The position numbers and the translations under genes were made by a program. A stretch of 64,000 nucleotides of DNA from Lama glama (taxonomy: Eukaryota), in the NCBI GenBank assembly GCA_028534125.1, contig CM052817.1, positions 8,620,001-8,684,000 of the forward strand. The letters run 5' to 3'. Shown piece by piece: positions 27,331 through 40,690 of this stretch (its first letter is position 1; every line of letters begins with the position of its first letter). Under the pieces are notes generated by a model that was not told the DNA's origin, ran no database searches, and saw only the letters and a program-made list of their open reading frames with translations.

Positions 27331-27989
27331 TCCTCTCTGACTTGACTTTATTTTTATATGTATTATCCTTTGTTCTAATTTTTTTTGTGTATCATTTAAA
27401 GACATTTATTATGTCCATCATTGTAAATTCCTTCATTCTATTGAATACTTTTTTGCCTTCTTATTCAATTATATTTTACAGTACCTGAACTCAATGCCTT
27501 TTTGTACATAAAATACCCACAGACACATTTAAAAAAAAGATATGTACATGTATATTCAGCCCTAAATAATGTATAATAATTTTCTTTATATCTTGAATGA
27601 TTCTTGATATTTTTGCATTTATTTCTTAATCTTTATCCTTTATGCAAAAATCACCTATAAATGACTAGTTATAAAGAAAGATTTGGTTACCAGTGAGAAA
27701 TATTAGAAGACCTAGAACATTAACTCCCTTTCCTGACCATCAGCCTCCTAAGACCAAAGCAGCTTTTTAAGTAGCCCTGTTGGCCTTTTTGACTCATGCT
27801 GAGTTTTCAGTCTTTGAAAAATCACCTTCTCTCTAAATTACAGTTCTAATACCTAGTTCATAGAATTTTTAAATTTTGAACAAGTGGCTAGAAGACATAA
27901 GGTGTTGGTTATTGTAATTGTTATCTTGCTCCTTCTCTTTTTCCTTGTTCTTCTCCTTATTATCTGCAATCTTTGCATCACCGACTTCA

Positions 27990-28295
27990 CATTATTCATG
28001 TTCTCAGGGAGAGAGAGGGAGAGAGTTCCTTCTCAGAGAAGCCCTCCCTAATCACCTTAGCAAAGCATTCCCCATGTCTGGGGACTCCTCTCTAGACTAG
28101 AACTATGGTTTACTAACATCATAATATTTTTCACGGTCTGAAAGTTTTTTTGTTTTTCATGTACATAACTATTTTACTGACTAGAAATTTGGTTCCATGA
28201 AAGCAATTTTTTTCTGTTCTGCTTACTATCCCAATGCTTAGAAAAGTGCCTAGTCCTAATAAGACTTCAGTAAGTATTTGGTTAATAAATAAAAA
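27990..28295 (+). mobile_element. L2 3' end fragment
   Basis: ccttctcagagaagccctccctaatcacc ... aaagtgcctag...cagtaagtatttggttaataaat. Confidence 0.55.
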
Positions 28296-29584
28296 TAAAC
28301 TTTGAAGTTAAATCCTTTTAATTCCATAATCCACACTTTCTCTTAGTCAGTAACATTTCATAATTGCATGCTATAATTCTTCAGGCTATCCAAAAACTAT
28401 AGTAGTGCAGCAGCATTACCAAAGAAAGAAAGAGTGATTCTGACTGGTACATTTTAAGATAATATTTTGACTGGATCTTGGAGAATGAACAGACTTTTTA
28501 CTTGAGGAAACCAGGCAGATAAGAATAAGAGACAATTTATTGCTAACAACTCTCACACAAACATCAGGCAGGAGGTGGAGAAAAAAAAGGCAGGATTTCT
28601 AACATTCCCCTACCCAAACATAGACTAATTATAGATTTGAAAAATATAATAATCAAGAATATAATAAAACCATCAAACTGGTACAAAATCAGTGACATAT
28701 ATTACAAAATATATCATGCAGATTCAATTCATTCTGCAATAAAATAGAAAAATTAATCTTGTTTTTTTTTTTACCAAGATAGGAAATAAAGACAGAGTAA
28801 AACTATTACCATTGATGATATAGCTTCAGACTTGGCATCCTAGTAAGTTGATTATATCAACACTAGCACAGATTTTATATCCCTGGCTCATGTATTTCTA
28901 ATTCTATAGTTGCTTTAACAATCCAATAATGATATATTGTTCCTTCCTCAGTAATTTTGGATTTCTTAATAATGATGATCAAATAAAGATCTTTCTTTTT
29001 ATTTTATTTAACTTTTTCTAATTGATAGAATAAAATAATCAATATTTTGCATTACTAATAACTTCTATACATTTTATTTGTGATTTGTCTCTCTTCTGTC
29101 TTTTATTTTTGGTCTCACATCTTATCTGGTTAAGAAATTTTAGGAAAAACTGAACAGGAGTTACTTGTTTCCCAAAGTTTAAAAAGTCAGTACCATGGAC
29201 AGCACCACAGACTGCGTCTCTGCCTTAACATTTAGTTACGTTAGACCAATTTTCCTCAATTGTGTCACTCTTCCTTTCTCTTTACTCAATCCTAGTTTCC
29301 TCTAACACAAATTCTAAGTGTGTACTGCCTCAAGCTTGCCTCATGGATACCACACAAAGTATAGTTTAATACCATGGCTTATCAACCTAGTTGCTCTTAT
29401 TTAGCTTTATTGCTTATATTCTTTAATTTTGGACACTTATTTTGCAGTACCAGGATTTGTCAGGTAAAAGAAATACGTACAGCTCTTAGCAGGAAAACAC
29501 CAAGTAAGTGGGCCTTTGTCAAAGTTAATTCAGTCAAGAGGTATTATTATTCATTTAACCTGTGGTACGTTCTGGGGAAAGATG

Positions 29585-29700
29585 CTGAGAGAGAGGGAGA
29601 GTGAGAGGGGGACGGGGGTGGAGAGAGAGAGATAGAGAGATGAAGAAGAAGGAGAAGAAGGAGGAGGAGGAGGGAGGGAAGGAGAGAAAAGGGAAGATAA
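29585..29700. repeat. GA-rich low-complexity polypurine tract
   Basis: gagagagagggagagtgagag...gaagaagaaggagaagaaggaggaggaggagggagggaagg. Confidence 0.85.
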
Positions 29701-30559
29701 ATAAAAGATACAAGCTCACTGACAATGGGAACTCTTATTATAAAGAGAAGATTGACATATGCAAAATTATCTATCACATTGGATCATCTGTGATTAGTAC
29801 CATGTTGAAACAAGCAATGAATTTACTAAATATGAATCCTTTACAATTTTATATAATTTTAAAACTTATAGGTAATGTTCACATATACTTAAAACTTAAT
29901 TAAAAAAACAGCTCTGTAAGATCAATATCCTACATAACATACCTTATTTTATAAATAAGAGGAAACAGTGAGGTCAAATGACTTGTCTGAGTTCTTAGAA
30001 CTAACAAATAAGATGTTTGGCCCTCAAATCTAAGTCTTACTTTCAATATTTCCCAATATTTGCCTATTTTTATGATGTATTCCTTCTATGATGTTTTATT
30101 CATATTTTAGCTTCAGTTTTTTGCTTATCAGTTTATCATTCCAAGTTATCCTTTCAAGAAAAGGAAAATAGTACTGGTCTTGGTTTGTGAACATTTGTGT
30201 AATATAACCTGTATAAAGACATAACATTAAAAATTATATTTCAAAACCACATAAATTCATTAAACATACTTTTAATTATTGTCTACACGTGCAAGATCCT
30301 ATGATAAGCACTAAAAATACTAAGTTGAACAAAATAGAGCTGCTCATCTTTAAGAGCTCAAATGTGAAGAGACAAAGAATATTATTCATCTACTCTTACA
30401 GAAAAAAGCACAGAGTATGAGTCAGGAAAGACACAGCAGGAACCATAATTCAGCACAGATGGTACCCTGTACTTGCAGAACTCTGAGAGTTTGTTAACTT
30501 CTTTGTTTTGTCTTCAGGACTCTCATTTTTCTCACCCTAGTCCTAGCTTTGGTGGCAGT

Positions 30560-31660
30560 GATGCTAATTCTGTGATATTGCCACCTGGAATATACATGTA
30601 TAGGAATCATTGGCCTTAGTTTTCAAGAAAGGTAGTATGAGAGTGGAGTAGAAGAAATAATACAACAACTTAAGTTATGTATTGATAAGCTTCTTGATGA
30701 TCATGATTTTACTTTCCCACCACTGACTCCAGGTTACTCCTATTCACTGTCAAGCCCTTAGATCCAGCTTATTCCTTGTAGGGTGGCCCAAATATTTATT
30801 TCCAAATAGTTTGTCTTTGATAGATTGTCATAATTTTTTATTGAGCAAGACTATTGGCAACAGAAATGACTCACTGGGTTCTAGTCAGATTTCTCCTTTT
30901 TCCCATTGGGTAGAAGCATCTTAATTTCTCTTTAATTAATATAATCAAGCCCCTTGTAATAATCACCTTCTCTTTCAGTTCAGTACTATGGAGAACAGAA
31001 ATAACCAGTGCATTTTCTTGGCTTTTAAGTTAATAGGAACTTGGCTGTTCTCCCTGAGGGAAACATTTTTTGCTTAAAGAATGCAATAATTGGGATTCAA
31101 AAACTCTCTAAGTGAGTTATGGGGTTCTAAGAATGATTTCTTCTAATTACAGTACTAGGTCCCTATCTGGCTTTGGGGAAAATGACACCATGGGATGGTT
31201 ATTGGTTTAAATCAGATATTAGATCATGTAAGACAACATTCATATATGTGAGCGTCCTCTTCCAGCTAGTGCTATAAGTAAGCTTTCGATAGCAGTCTTG
31301 GCAGCAGGGAAGGAGGCTATGTATGAGCCCTACAATTCTATTGGGCCAGATGTTTATGGACAAAGAATTACATGATAAGATAAGCAAAATTGCATAAGCA
31401 AAAGCATTGTTTCATTTAATTTGCCATGTAATGAGATTCTTAGTTGGAAAAGATGTTATATGGGGCACCAAAGTCATGAGATCGGAATTCTGTAAGTCCA
31501 TAAATCGTGGTGCTGCCAGAGCACGGTAGGTAGGCAGTAAATCCCTGTCCAGAACAAGATTCTCAAATATCTTTTCCCCCAAAACACAAATTATTATCTC
31601 CATGGTGGAAGAGGTCCAGTATAATCAAGTAGCCGTTAGGCCACTAGTTACAACCTAAAA
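30560..31660 (-). mobile_element. ERV-L internal remnant: integrase plus dUTPase region
   Basis: The reverse complement near 31600-31630 reads gattatactggacctcttccaccatgga (DYTGPLPPW; ERV-L integrase DYIGPLPSW). It continues into accacgatttatggacttacagaa and a dUTPase-like stretch near 31000-31080. Heavily decayed. Confidence 0.7.
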
Positions 31661-31799
31661 GCATACCACCTCACAAAGGCATTTTAAATGTTTCATCTTC
31701 TCTTCTGAGGTTTCCCTGTTCCTGCTGAGATGTGACGGATGACTCAGGGTTCACCCAATCAGGAAATGCAATTAAATTAAAACTTTGTGAGTGTAACTT

Positions 31800-32235
31800 T
31801 GGCCAGTGGAAGTCAATGGAGAATGACAAAGTCAAACAACTAAGGAAATGAAAAATTATAGTTTTCATCCAGTTTCCACCTGATGTTGGTTCATAGACCC
31901 AGTCAAATGATTAAAAGCAGAGCCAGAATCCTTTAAGCAAAGACCCTGTAATGCCATCACAGAAATATAATAAATATCTCTTTCATAATTTCATGAAAGT
32001 TCTTTTAACTTCCAAGGAAACTGTGCTCTGGGAATATTTGAATTTTGGATACAAGGTTTTCATGACTTTGGTGCTGACACAATCTAGAATTGTCCTTATG
32101 GTTCTCTGGTTAGACTGGGAGCTTACAGAAGCCAACCAAAAATGGAGTTTGGCCCAAGTCCATTTCCAATTGTGTTTTATACATTTGCAGACCTAGCCTG
32201 TGATTATATCCCTGGTCTTTTAGTCTGTAAGTATA

Positions 32236-32304
<69 letters not shown>

Positions 32305-32390
32305 CACACACACATATATATATATAAAACAGCTAATAAAAACTTTATATTGGTTCTTTGTTCTGTAGAGTTAATGTTATTATGGCATAT
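31800..32390 (+). mobile_element. ERV-L internal remnant: gag end / protease region
   Basis: ccagtttccacctgatgttggttcatagacccag...aaagaccctg and ggttagactgggagcttacagaagcca...aatggagtttggcccaagtcc resemble HERV-L gag-pro. Interrupted by a (TA)n tract. Confidence 0.6.
32239..32326. repeat. Perfect (TA)26 followed by imperfect TA/CA repeat
   Basis: Uninterrupted TA run at 32239-32290. Confidence 0.95.
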
Positions 32391-32499
32391 ATGCATATTG
32401 ATTACTAATATTAAATATGACTTAGCTGGTGAAACAGGAGACTAGAGAAGGTATACAAATGTAATACTGGAAACAAGGAGTTTTAGTAAAGTCATACTA

Positions 32500-33910
32500 T
32501 ATGAACAAATGGGATTTTAGCATATGGTGTAAGTCAAGATATTTTTTTTTTATGGATACACTGTTTTTTCCCCAACACCACTATTCAACAGTCCTTTTAT
32601 TTTATTTAGCTCTAATGTGGCATATCACTCCTGTTATATATACTAAATTTAATATGAATAAGGATCTGTTTCTGGAGTCTCAGTCTATTCCATTTTGTCC
32701 CCCACCTGCATCAATACAATATATTCTACTAATTGAAACTTTACAGTAAGCATTTGTATTTTAAGCCCTCATCTCAGTTCCCTCTTCCCATTGTTCCTTT
32801 TTTAAAAAAAATTTGATTATGTGGATAAGTTTGGATTTAATTTACTTTACAGTAAAATTCTTCATTTACATTAGTATGCACATGTATCAGTTTGAGTCCA
32901 ATCAGGAGAGAGAAACCACTTAGTGAGGTGAACATTGTTACAAGTAAGAAAATTAAAGTTTTTATCAAAAGACTCTTGGAAGAAAGTGAATATCCAAGTC
33001 ATACACTTATAGAAGACAGGGATATCTTTTACAATAATAAAGGATTGATATCAATATTATACGGTAAGAACATTGATAACCCAACAGAAAAATGTATAAG
33101 AGACACAAAAATGCATTTCATAGAAGAGTAAACACATATTTGGTAAAAATATGAAAAAATAGAAGGGGGATGGCCTCCCTTATTAGCAAATCAATATTAC
33201 AATGACATCATTTTATAGCTATTGGATTAATGCAACTTAAATGACATCACAATACAATATGTTGAAAAATATTTTTTGTTTAATTTTTATGGACATGTAA
33301 GATGGTAGAATCACCTTGGAAAATGGCTTGATATTATTTCCTAAAATTGTCATACTTTGACTCAGAAAACCCAGTCCTAGACTAATGCTGAAAATAAAAC
33401 CCTTACTTATTCATAAGCAGAAGCCATATATAAAAATGTTTATGGCAGTGCTATGATAAATACTATAATGAATACTATAATGAAAACCTACAACCAGCTT
33501 TAAGTCTATCCTCAAGGGAGTAAATGAATAAACTGATAGAGTCACACAGGAATATTATGCAGGCTCAAACTACGGAAACAGTATAAATGAATGGTTATAC
33601 CATAATATTAAAGAAAAAAGTAACTCTCAAAAATTGCTTACTACTTAAATTTTTAAAAATGTGTGTGTTTTGCTTATAATATTTAGCAACTCAAATAGAA
33701 GGCAGCATGCTAAAAGGAAATCAAGGGAATGATAAACACAGGATTCTGACTGATATTTACATCATGTTAATGAAAGCAGTGATCTGGGTTGATGAAAGAG
33801 CCTTGTAGAGGTGAAAGCTATTATCAAGGTCCTAGTTTGTGTTTTCATCTTGGGTTGCCATATGTTCATTATATTATTAAAAATAGCTAAAAAATATCTA
33901 AATAAAATTG
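32500..33910. mobile_element. Old L1 (L1M/L1ME-like) fragments: antisense piece 32500-32830, then sense 3' piece 32930-33910
   Basis: catatggtgtaag...ccaacaccactattcaacagtcc (antisense ORF2); aacccaacagaaaaatg...catttcatagaagag...caccttggaaaatggcttg (sense). Confidence 0.55.
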
Positions 33911-34625
33911 GAGTAAATAAAAAAGAGTAATCACCTAATATAGTGTGGACCCAGGGAAGTCTTAAATCTTAAACATATTCTTAGATCAATTTCAGAGGAT
34001 TATGATAAAATGTCATATAGTATGGTATTTTGGAACATAGGCTCTGATACATTCAAAGCCTGAAATTAACACTTACTTAGGTAAAATTTCTAATCTCTCT
34101 TGGATTCAGTTATCCTACAGCTAGTAGTGCTTTCTTTTTAACAACATGAAAGATAATAGTGCCGAACTCAAAGGGTTGTTGTAAGGATTATATAAATGAA
34201 TACTTGTCAAGTACTTAGTATGCATCCACAGTAAGGACACAGTAAGTCAACACACGTAAGTGCTCAAAAACGATTTTCCATTTGTTATCCCATTTAAACC
34301 TCACAATAAACATGCAAGGTTACCCCTATTTTACTTATGACATTCATATTGGTTACTTTCCAAAGCCTCTTGGTTTAGGATTTGAACTCAGATCTAATGG
34401 GCGCCAATGTATCTCTTGCACTTTCTTATACATCTTCCTAACATATTAATTTGTTATGATCATCAGATCTGATTGGAGACAGGAAAGGCTAAGTTTGAAT
34501 TAAAATGGTTTTAATTTAAATGTAAGATAATATCTACTTTTTCAGTTTGAACTTTAATATTGAAAACGGTGGGGTCACACTGAACAGATTTTATATAGTT
34601 TTGCCATTTAAAGTAGGATGAGTGA

Positions 34626-35228
34626 TCCAGAGGGAACCTTAATTCAAAAAGATACATGTTCCCCAATGTTCATAGCAGGACTTTTTACAATCACTAAGAC
34701 ATGGAAACAACCTAACATTCATTGACAGATGACTGGATTAAGAAGTTGTAGTATATTTATACAATGGAATATTACTCATCCATAAAAAATAATAAAATAA
34801 TGCCATTTGTGGCAACATGGATAGCCTTGGAGAATGTCATTCTGAATGAAGTAAGTCAGAAAGAGAAAGAAAAATGCCCTATGGTATCACTTAAATGTAG
34901 AATCTGGAAAAAAAAAGACTAACTTATTTACAAAACAGAAACAGATTCAGACACAGAAAACAAACTTATGTTTACTAGGTGGGAAGGGAGCGTGAAGGGA
35001 TAAATTGGGAGTCCGAGATTCGCAGATACTAACTAATATATATAAAATAGATAAACAAGAAGCTTACACTGTATAGCACAGGGAGCTATATTCAACATCT
35101 GGTAGTAACTTATGGTGAAAAAGAATATGAAAACAATTATTTGTATGTTTCTATATGACTGAACTATTGTGCTGTACACCGGAAATTAACACAGCATTGT
35201 AAACTGACTATACTTCAATTAAAAAAAA
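34626..35228 (+). mobile_element. 5'-truncated cetartiodactyl-type L1 3' end with TSD
   Basis: L1 3'UTR and poly(A). TSD aaagtaggatgagtga (34610-34625) / aaagtagggagagtga (35229-35244), 14/16 identical, at a TTT/AAA site. Confidence 0.92.
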
Positions 35229-38200
35229 AAAGTAGGGAGAGTGAGTATACTTGTCCCAGAGAGGCTGAGCTTGGAGAAGTGAGTTATTTCATTGATGGAA
35301 GGTAGGGCAGAACCATTAAGATTTACTTAGATTCCCAATACTTTTGGTTGTAAGCCATATTGTCTGAGGACACTTTCCAGGAATTTGCAATTGGCTGAGA
35401 CTTTTCTCCATGGCCTGCTGAGTTCTGAGAAACATGAATCAATAGTCAATTGTTCACAGTAATCAAATTTCACCTAAAAATGTTGTAAAATACAACTCAA
35501 TGTGAAAAGCTATATCTTATAGAACCATTTTCAGATTTAATCTTTTCATTACTTACGAACTGGGAGCACATTCACACATACATACACCTTTACTCAGAGC
35601 AACGGAAGTCAACATTTTCACAGTCAACAGACTTCACGTTCAACAACCAACAGAAAAAAATACCAGTTTCACTCAGTCCCTTGAGCACCAAGATGAGTTT
35701 CTGTAAACTCTGTGGTGGGCTTTTTTTTTTTTTTTCAGTTAAGAAGAAAAAGATCACTACCATGGAATGAACAAAAAGCAATTTTTTTTAATAGACTGAG
35801 GCGTTTGGGATCAAGAATTTCTTTCTGATCCAACCTAAGCCAATGAGTGGCATGACTGATGGGAAGATACTGGATTAGGCGTGCAACTCGAATCAAAACA
35901 CGTCTGTATTTTGGAGCCTCATAGGTTCTCAAAAATCAGTTGTTTATGCATGTGAGCCCCTAAAGGTGAACCATGGAATTCTTCCTTTCAATTCTCTCAT
36001 TTTGTAAAAGAAGATGGAGAAACAGAGAGAAATCTCAAATTCCTAGACTCAGCCTGACTCTGAATACGATGTCTTTTCTGTTCCACCAAAGCAGTAGCAG
36101 AGATTAAGCACGTTTGCTGTCCTCTAGCCCTCGGAACCGCAGTCCATGCTGTCACTTCACGTCTCACTTCCTGACAAGTATTTTGCGAGCAGTATATTGT
36201 CTAACAATCCAGCTGGCAGATTTGGGGTTGTCATTCCAGACCCCATCCTCTGTGGCACTCTCAGCATCTCTCTGTGTGTTGACTTCTTATCTTTGTCTCC
36301 CATATACGTTAAGTTTTATTTTAACTTAAGTAAAACCTGCCACAGGCTCTGTTTGTGAAGTCAGTATAGCTTCCTTTATTTTCACGTTCAGCTCTTAGAA
36401 TGACCTCTTCCTTGCTCATTACCTGACACCTTGCCACAGTTTTGTTTTGTTTTTGTTACTTGGTTTCATTTCATTTTGTTCCTTTGCTTGTCTGTTTTCC
36501 CCCCAGATGTAAGAGTTATGTCTGAGGTGATTCCACTTTTCAGCAGTGCTTTTGCCTCAAGACTTTTAGCCTCCATCTCTTTGGAAATATTCCCTGACCA
36601 CGTTTCCATACCCTATGCTGGAGTAGGGATGAATTGTTCTGTGAGGGAAATAATGGGGTGGCATGCTAGTTTAGACTGGGGGTGCACGAAGAGCCTCCTT
36701 GTGGAAATTACACTAAAGTCTAGTGTGGAGAATGAGGATGCAGCCAGGTGAAGATAGGGATAGAAACGTTCTGGGTGGAGGGACCACCATGTGTACAGCC
36801 AAGGCTGCAGGGAAAGAGAAAGTGGGCTGTAGGAAATAAGAGTGGAGGGTAGAAAGTAAAGCAGGAAGTGGAGTGAAGAGATTTATTTCTACATGATCTT
36901 CTTTTTCGTTGTGCTGACCTGTCCCCCATCCACCATCACCTGCTTCCACACTTATCCACATCCTTCCCCCAAAATAGAAACACAGATCATGGATCACCCT
37001 AGAATGAATAGCCCAATTTCCTTCCACCGTAGGTGAATTTAGAAGATTCTGCATGGTTTCCTATTTCCTGGCTCCTGAGCATATCCCATCATAAAAGTTT
37101 TCAAGTTTATTCGTAATCTTGCTGAGGTCATGATCTGCTCACCTCCATGAACCCAGAAAGGCTGAAAGCGAGCACAGAACCGAGCCTTCTGATTTGCCTT
37201 TAGAAGGTGCCCCTGGGCACTCAATCCAGTGTGCCTCCCACGTGGATGAAGAGTTGGAGAAAAGAAAGCCTCTGTTCTGCAGGCTCACTAGGCAAAAAAT
37301 AGAGCCCTGAAGGGGCTTCGGCTGGCATTCTTGACCCTCCATCCCAATCTGGGCAGTAAGACAAATCACTCCTCCTCTTACAGAGAGGACTGAGTGAGAG
37401 GTGGATAGAAGAGGGAATCCTTCTAACTGGTACTTGCAGGAGGCCCCATGCCTCTACCTGTGTCATGGAAGGAACACAGAGAGAGGGAGATGAACTTTCC
37501 TGACAGACAGCACATGCTCTGAAGATCTTTAGAAATCGTTATCCACTTGAGATAAGGGTCACTCATTGCACTGTCTTCATTCGTTTTCATTCATTCGTTT
37601 TTCAATCACGAAATCAACTCCTAAAATACATAAGTCCTGATGTAGGCACAGGGGATGCAAAGATGCATAAGATGTCGTCCACGCATTAAGGTGTCCACAT
37701 AACATGGGGAGGGAACAAACTCTGATTTTGTTTATTACAGAGAAAGAAGGTCTCTGAGGGAGAGTAAAAATGACCTTTTGCTAAAGAATAATCCAGAAGA
37801 GATAGAGAATGGACATATTCCTCTGCCCTCATCACAAAAGTAGCTTAATTGAATGAGGGACATCATAGGATATTTGTGGGGTCTTGAACCAGATTACCTG
37901 GATTCAAATTCTAGCTACATGGATCCCTTTGGATAAGGAACTAACTAACTACTCTGTTTCCTTATCTGTGAATAAAGAAAGTAAAATGAACTCTTCCATA
38001 AGGTTGTTTAAACACCAAATAAGATAGAGCATGTAAGGCTCTTGGCAAAGATCTTGTATATAACATGTACTCAATGCATATGTGACTTTAAAAAATAAGT
38101 GAATAAAATGGAAGGGAGAAGCTCAAAGTAAATTCTATTTACTGTCTTAGAATAAGAGCTGACCACTGCAAGTGGGAACTTAGTCTGACCTCTTGTAGCT

Positions 38201-38982
38201 CCCCCACATTTACTGTTCTTTTCTGCCCTTTTCCCTGTAGTGATTACTTTGAAAAGGAAGGTTTTGATGGACTTGTGTTAGAGACAGTTAGGCAGTGAAA
38301 AGCTAAAAATTCAGCACCCTGTTTCATAGTGCGTTTTGTGAAAGGCTGACTCCCAGGACCCAGAGCAAAGGTAAAAATGGCGGCCTATGCCTTTTCTCTT
38401 TCTGATCAGTAATTATGTCTTAATTCAGTGAACACCCCTATGTTGCATTGATTTCATCTGACTTGTTCAGTGGTGGATTTGATGAGAGTAATTTCCGTGT
38501 TCATTTTCATTGTTTTGATTAATAATTAAATCTTCTTTACATCAAGAATTTGTAATGCAATAGTCATTAATTTTATGTGATTTCTACCAAATGAAGTTTA
38601 TTCACATCTGTTATTTCTAGTTCTAAGCAGACTCCCTTTTTGAAAAGTTGTCTTTTCATTTTTCACCTGTTTTCTTCTTTGAGATATGTTTTTATTCTTT
38701 TGGACTATATCACAATCTCAGTTTGTACTCATTCAAACTGATCTGAAGGGTTGAAAAGTAAAACACAGTTGAATTCAAAGTCTACAAATGTTAATAAATT
38801 TTCATCAAAAATATAATTATAATTAATGTATAGAAATCAAAAGATGAAAATTATGTTTGTTTATTTTTCAGTTTTCTTCTAAAACACTCAAAATTTTAAG
38901 TTGTTAAAATTAAAATATTAACTTATAATTCTTTATGTCAAAATATCAAAAATTAAATTTAAATTATTTAAATAAAACTGAA

Positions 38983-39673
38983 TTTTTCAATTGAGGTATA
39001 GTCAGTTTATAATATTCTGTCAATTTCTGGTGTACAGCACAATGTCATACATGGATATACATATATTCATTTTCATATTCTTTTTCACCATAAGCTACTA
39101 CATGATATTGAATATATTTCCCTGTGCTATAGAGTATAAACTTGTTTATTTATTTTATGTATACCAGTCAATACCTGCAAATCTCGAACTCCCAGTTTAT
39201 CCCTTCACACTCTCTTCCCCCCGGCAACCACAAGTCTGTATTCTATATCTGTGAGTCTGTTTCTGTTTTATATATAAGTTTATTTGTCTTTTTCCTTTTT
39301 AGATTCCACATATGAGCAATCTCATATGGTATTTTTCTTTCTCTTTCTGGCTTATTTCACTTAGAATGACATTCTCCAGGGCCATGCATGTTGCTGCAAA
39401 TGGCATTATTTTATCATTTTTATGGCTGAGTAGTATTCCATTGTATAAATATACCACAACTGCTTTATCTAGTCATCTGTTGATGGACATTTAGGTTGTT
39501 TCCATGTCTTGGCTATTGTAAATAGTGTTGCTATGAACATTGGGGTGCAAGTGTCTTTTTGAATTAAGGTTCCCTCTAGATATATGCCCAGGAGTGGGAT
39601 TGCTGGATTATATGGTAAGTCTATTTTTAGTCTTTAAGTCTATTTTTAGCCTTTTGAGGAATCTTCATAATGT
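38983..39673 (-). mobile_element. 5'-truncated cetartiodactyl-type L1 3' end, antisense, with TSD
   Basis: ttgaggtatagtcagttt...tttgaattaaggttccctctagatatatgcccaggagtggg (same family as the 34626 copy). TSD taaaactgaa at 38973-38982 and 39674-39683. Confidence 0.9.
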
Positions 39674-40652
39674 TAAAACTGAAATATTTTGATTGTCAAG
39701 TTAATTAAATGTTAACTTTTTTTTTCTTTTTGGTGACATGCTATTTAGTGTTCTAGTATGTTATGTTTATCCAGTTACCAATGTAAATAATTGGTGTCAT
39801 GCTTCATGCCTGTTACATCTACAATGCAAACATATAAAGCTTTCAGAGCAAAATGAATTGCTTAATACAGGGAAATGCTTCCTAGCTGTCCTGAAGAACA
39901 GATGTGACCACCTCAGTGGCTCACATTTACCTCTGGAGCCACGAGATCCAATATGAGCACAAAGCAAGAAAATGAATGCTTTGTGTCACTTTGCCATGCT
40001 CAAATCTCCTGCATTTGTACTCTCTGCAAGAAAAGACTTCACAAGTTAATCAATTTGTCTGTTCCATGCTTTAGTTGCTCCTGCTGCTCAAATCCTGCAG
40101 CATCCATCTCTGATGTTGGCAGTAACACAGCTGCAAACCTTCATCATGTTCACATGCACTTACTTTTTTTGAGGATCCAGGGTAAGAGACGTGGAGAAGC
40201 ATTTTCCTGGGACTTGAATGCTCACAGGAGTGGAGGTTCAGGGTGAGGGATCATGATGCGTCAGAACTGAGAGCTGGATGGCAAGAAGCAGAGGTGATGG
40301 TGATGTTTTATTTTTTAATAAATGCATCTTTTACTGTGTGTGCAATATATAGCACCTTCTAAAGCATGGGGCCCAGAAGAGAGGTCCTTGTTGTCTCCAT
40401 CCAAAGGCAGTGCTACACAGGGAGGTGGGACAGTGACTGTACTCAGGGTGAAACAAGGGTTCGTCTTCAGTTTCATCCTGCAGACAGCCAGGAAGGAAGG
40501 AAGGAAGTAAGTAATTAAGCAAGAAAACTGTGGAAAGCTAACCTGTTTTAAGAAGTGGCCTCAGTGATATTTGACATGAACATCAAAATAGTTTCAAGAC
40601 TCCACTTAACTATGGTTTCTGGTTAAAATAATGCCAGAGATGCTACCTCCTC

Positions 40653-40655
<3 letters not shown>

Positions 40656-40687
<32 letters not shown>
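40656..40687. repeat. (AC)16 microsatellite
   Basis: Read directly. Confidence 0.95.

Positions 40688-40690
<3 letters not shown>

Noticed and set aside
29547..29903. Charged (E/K/R-rich) and poly-Leu ORFs
   Set aside because: Translation of a GA-rich low-complexity tract.
32110..32327. ORFs with IYIYIY repeats
   Set aside because: Translation of the (TA)n tract.
34010..34430. Opposed MIR fragments as a possible structured RNA (also about 63060-63370)
   Set aside because: The copies are too diverged to pair stably, and this is a common arrangement of MIR relics.
36480..36750. Strong-looking splice acceptor at about 36506 (similar ones at about 40483 and 62384)
   Set aside because: No well-matched donor or interpretable frame; such sites occur often by chance in T-rich DNA.
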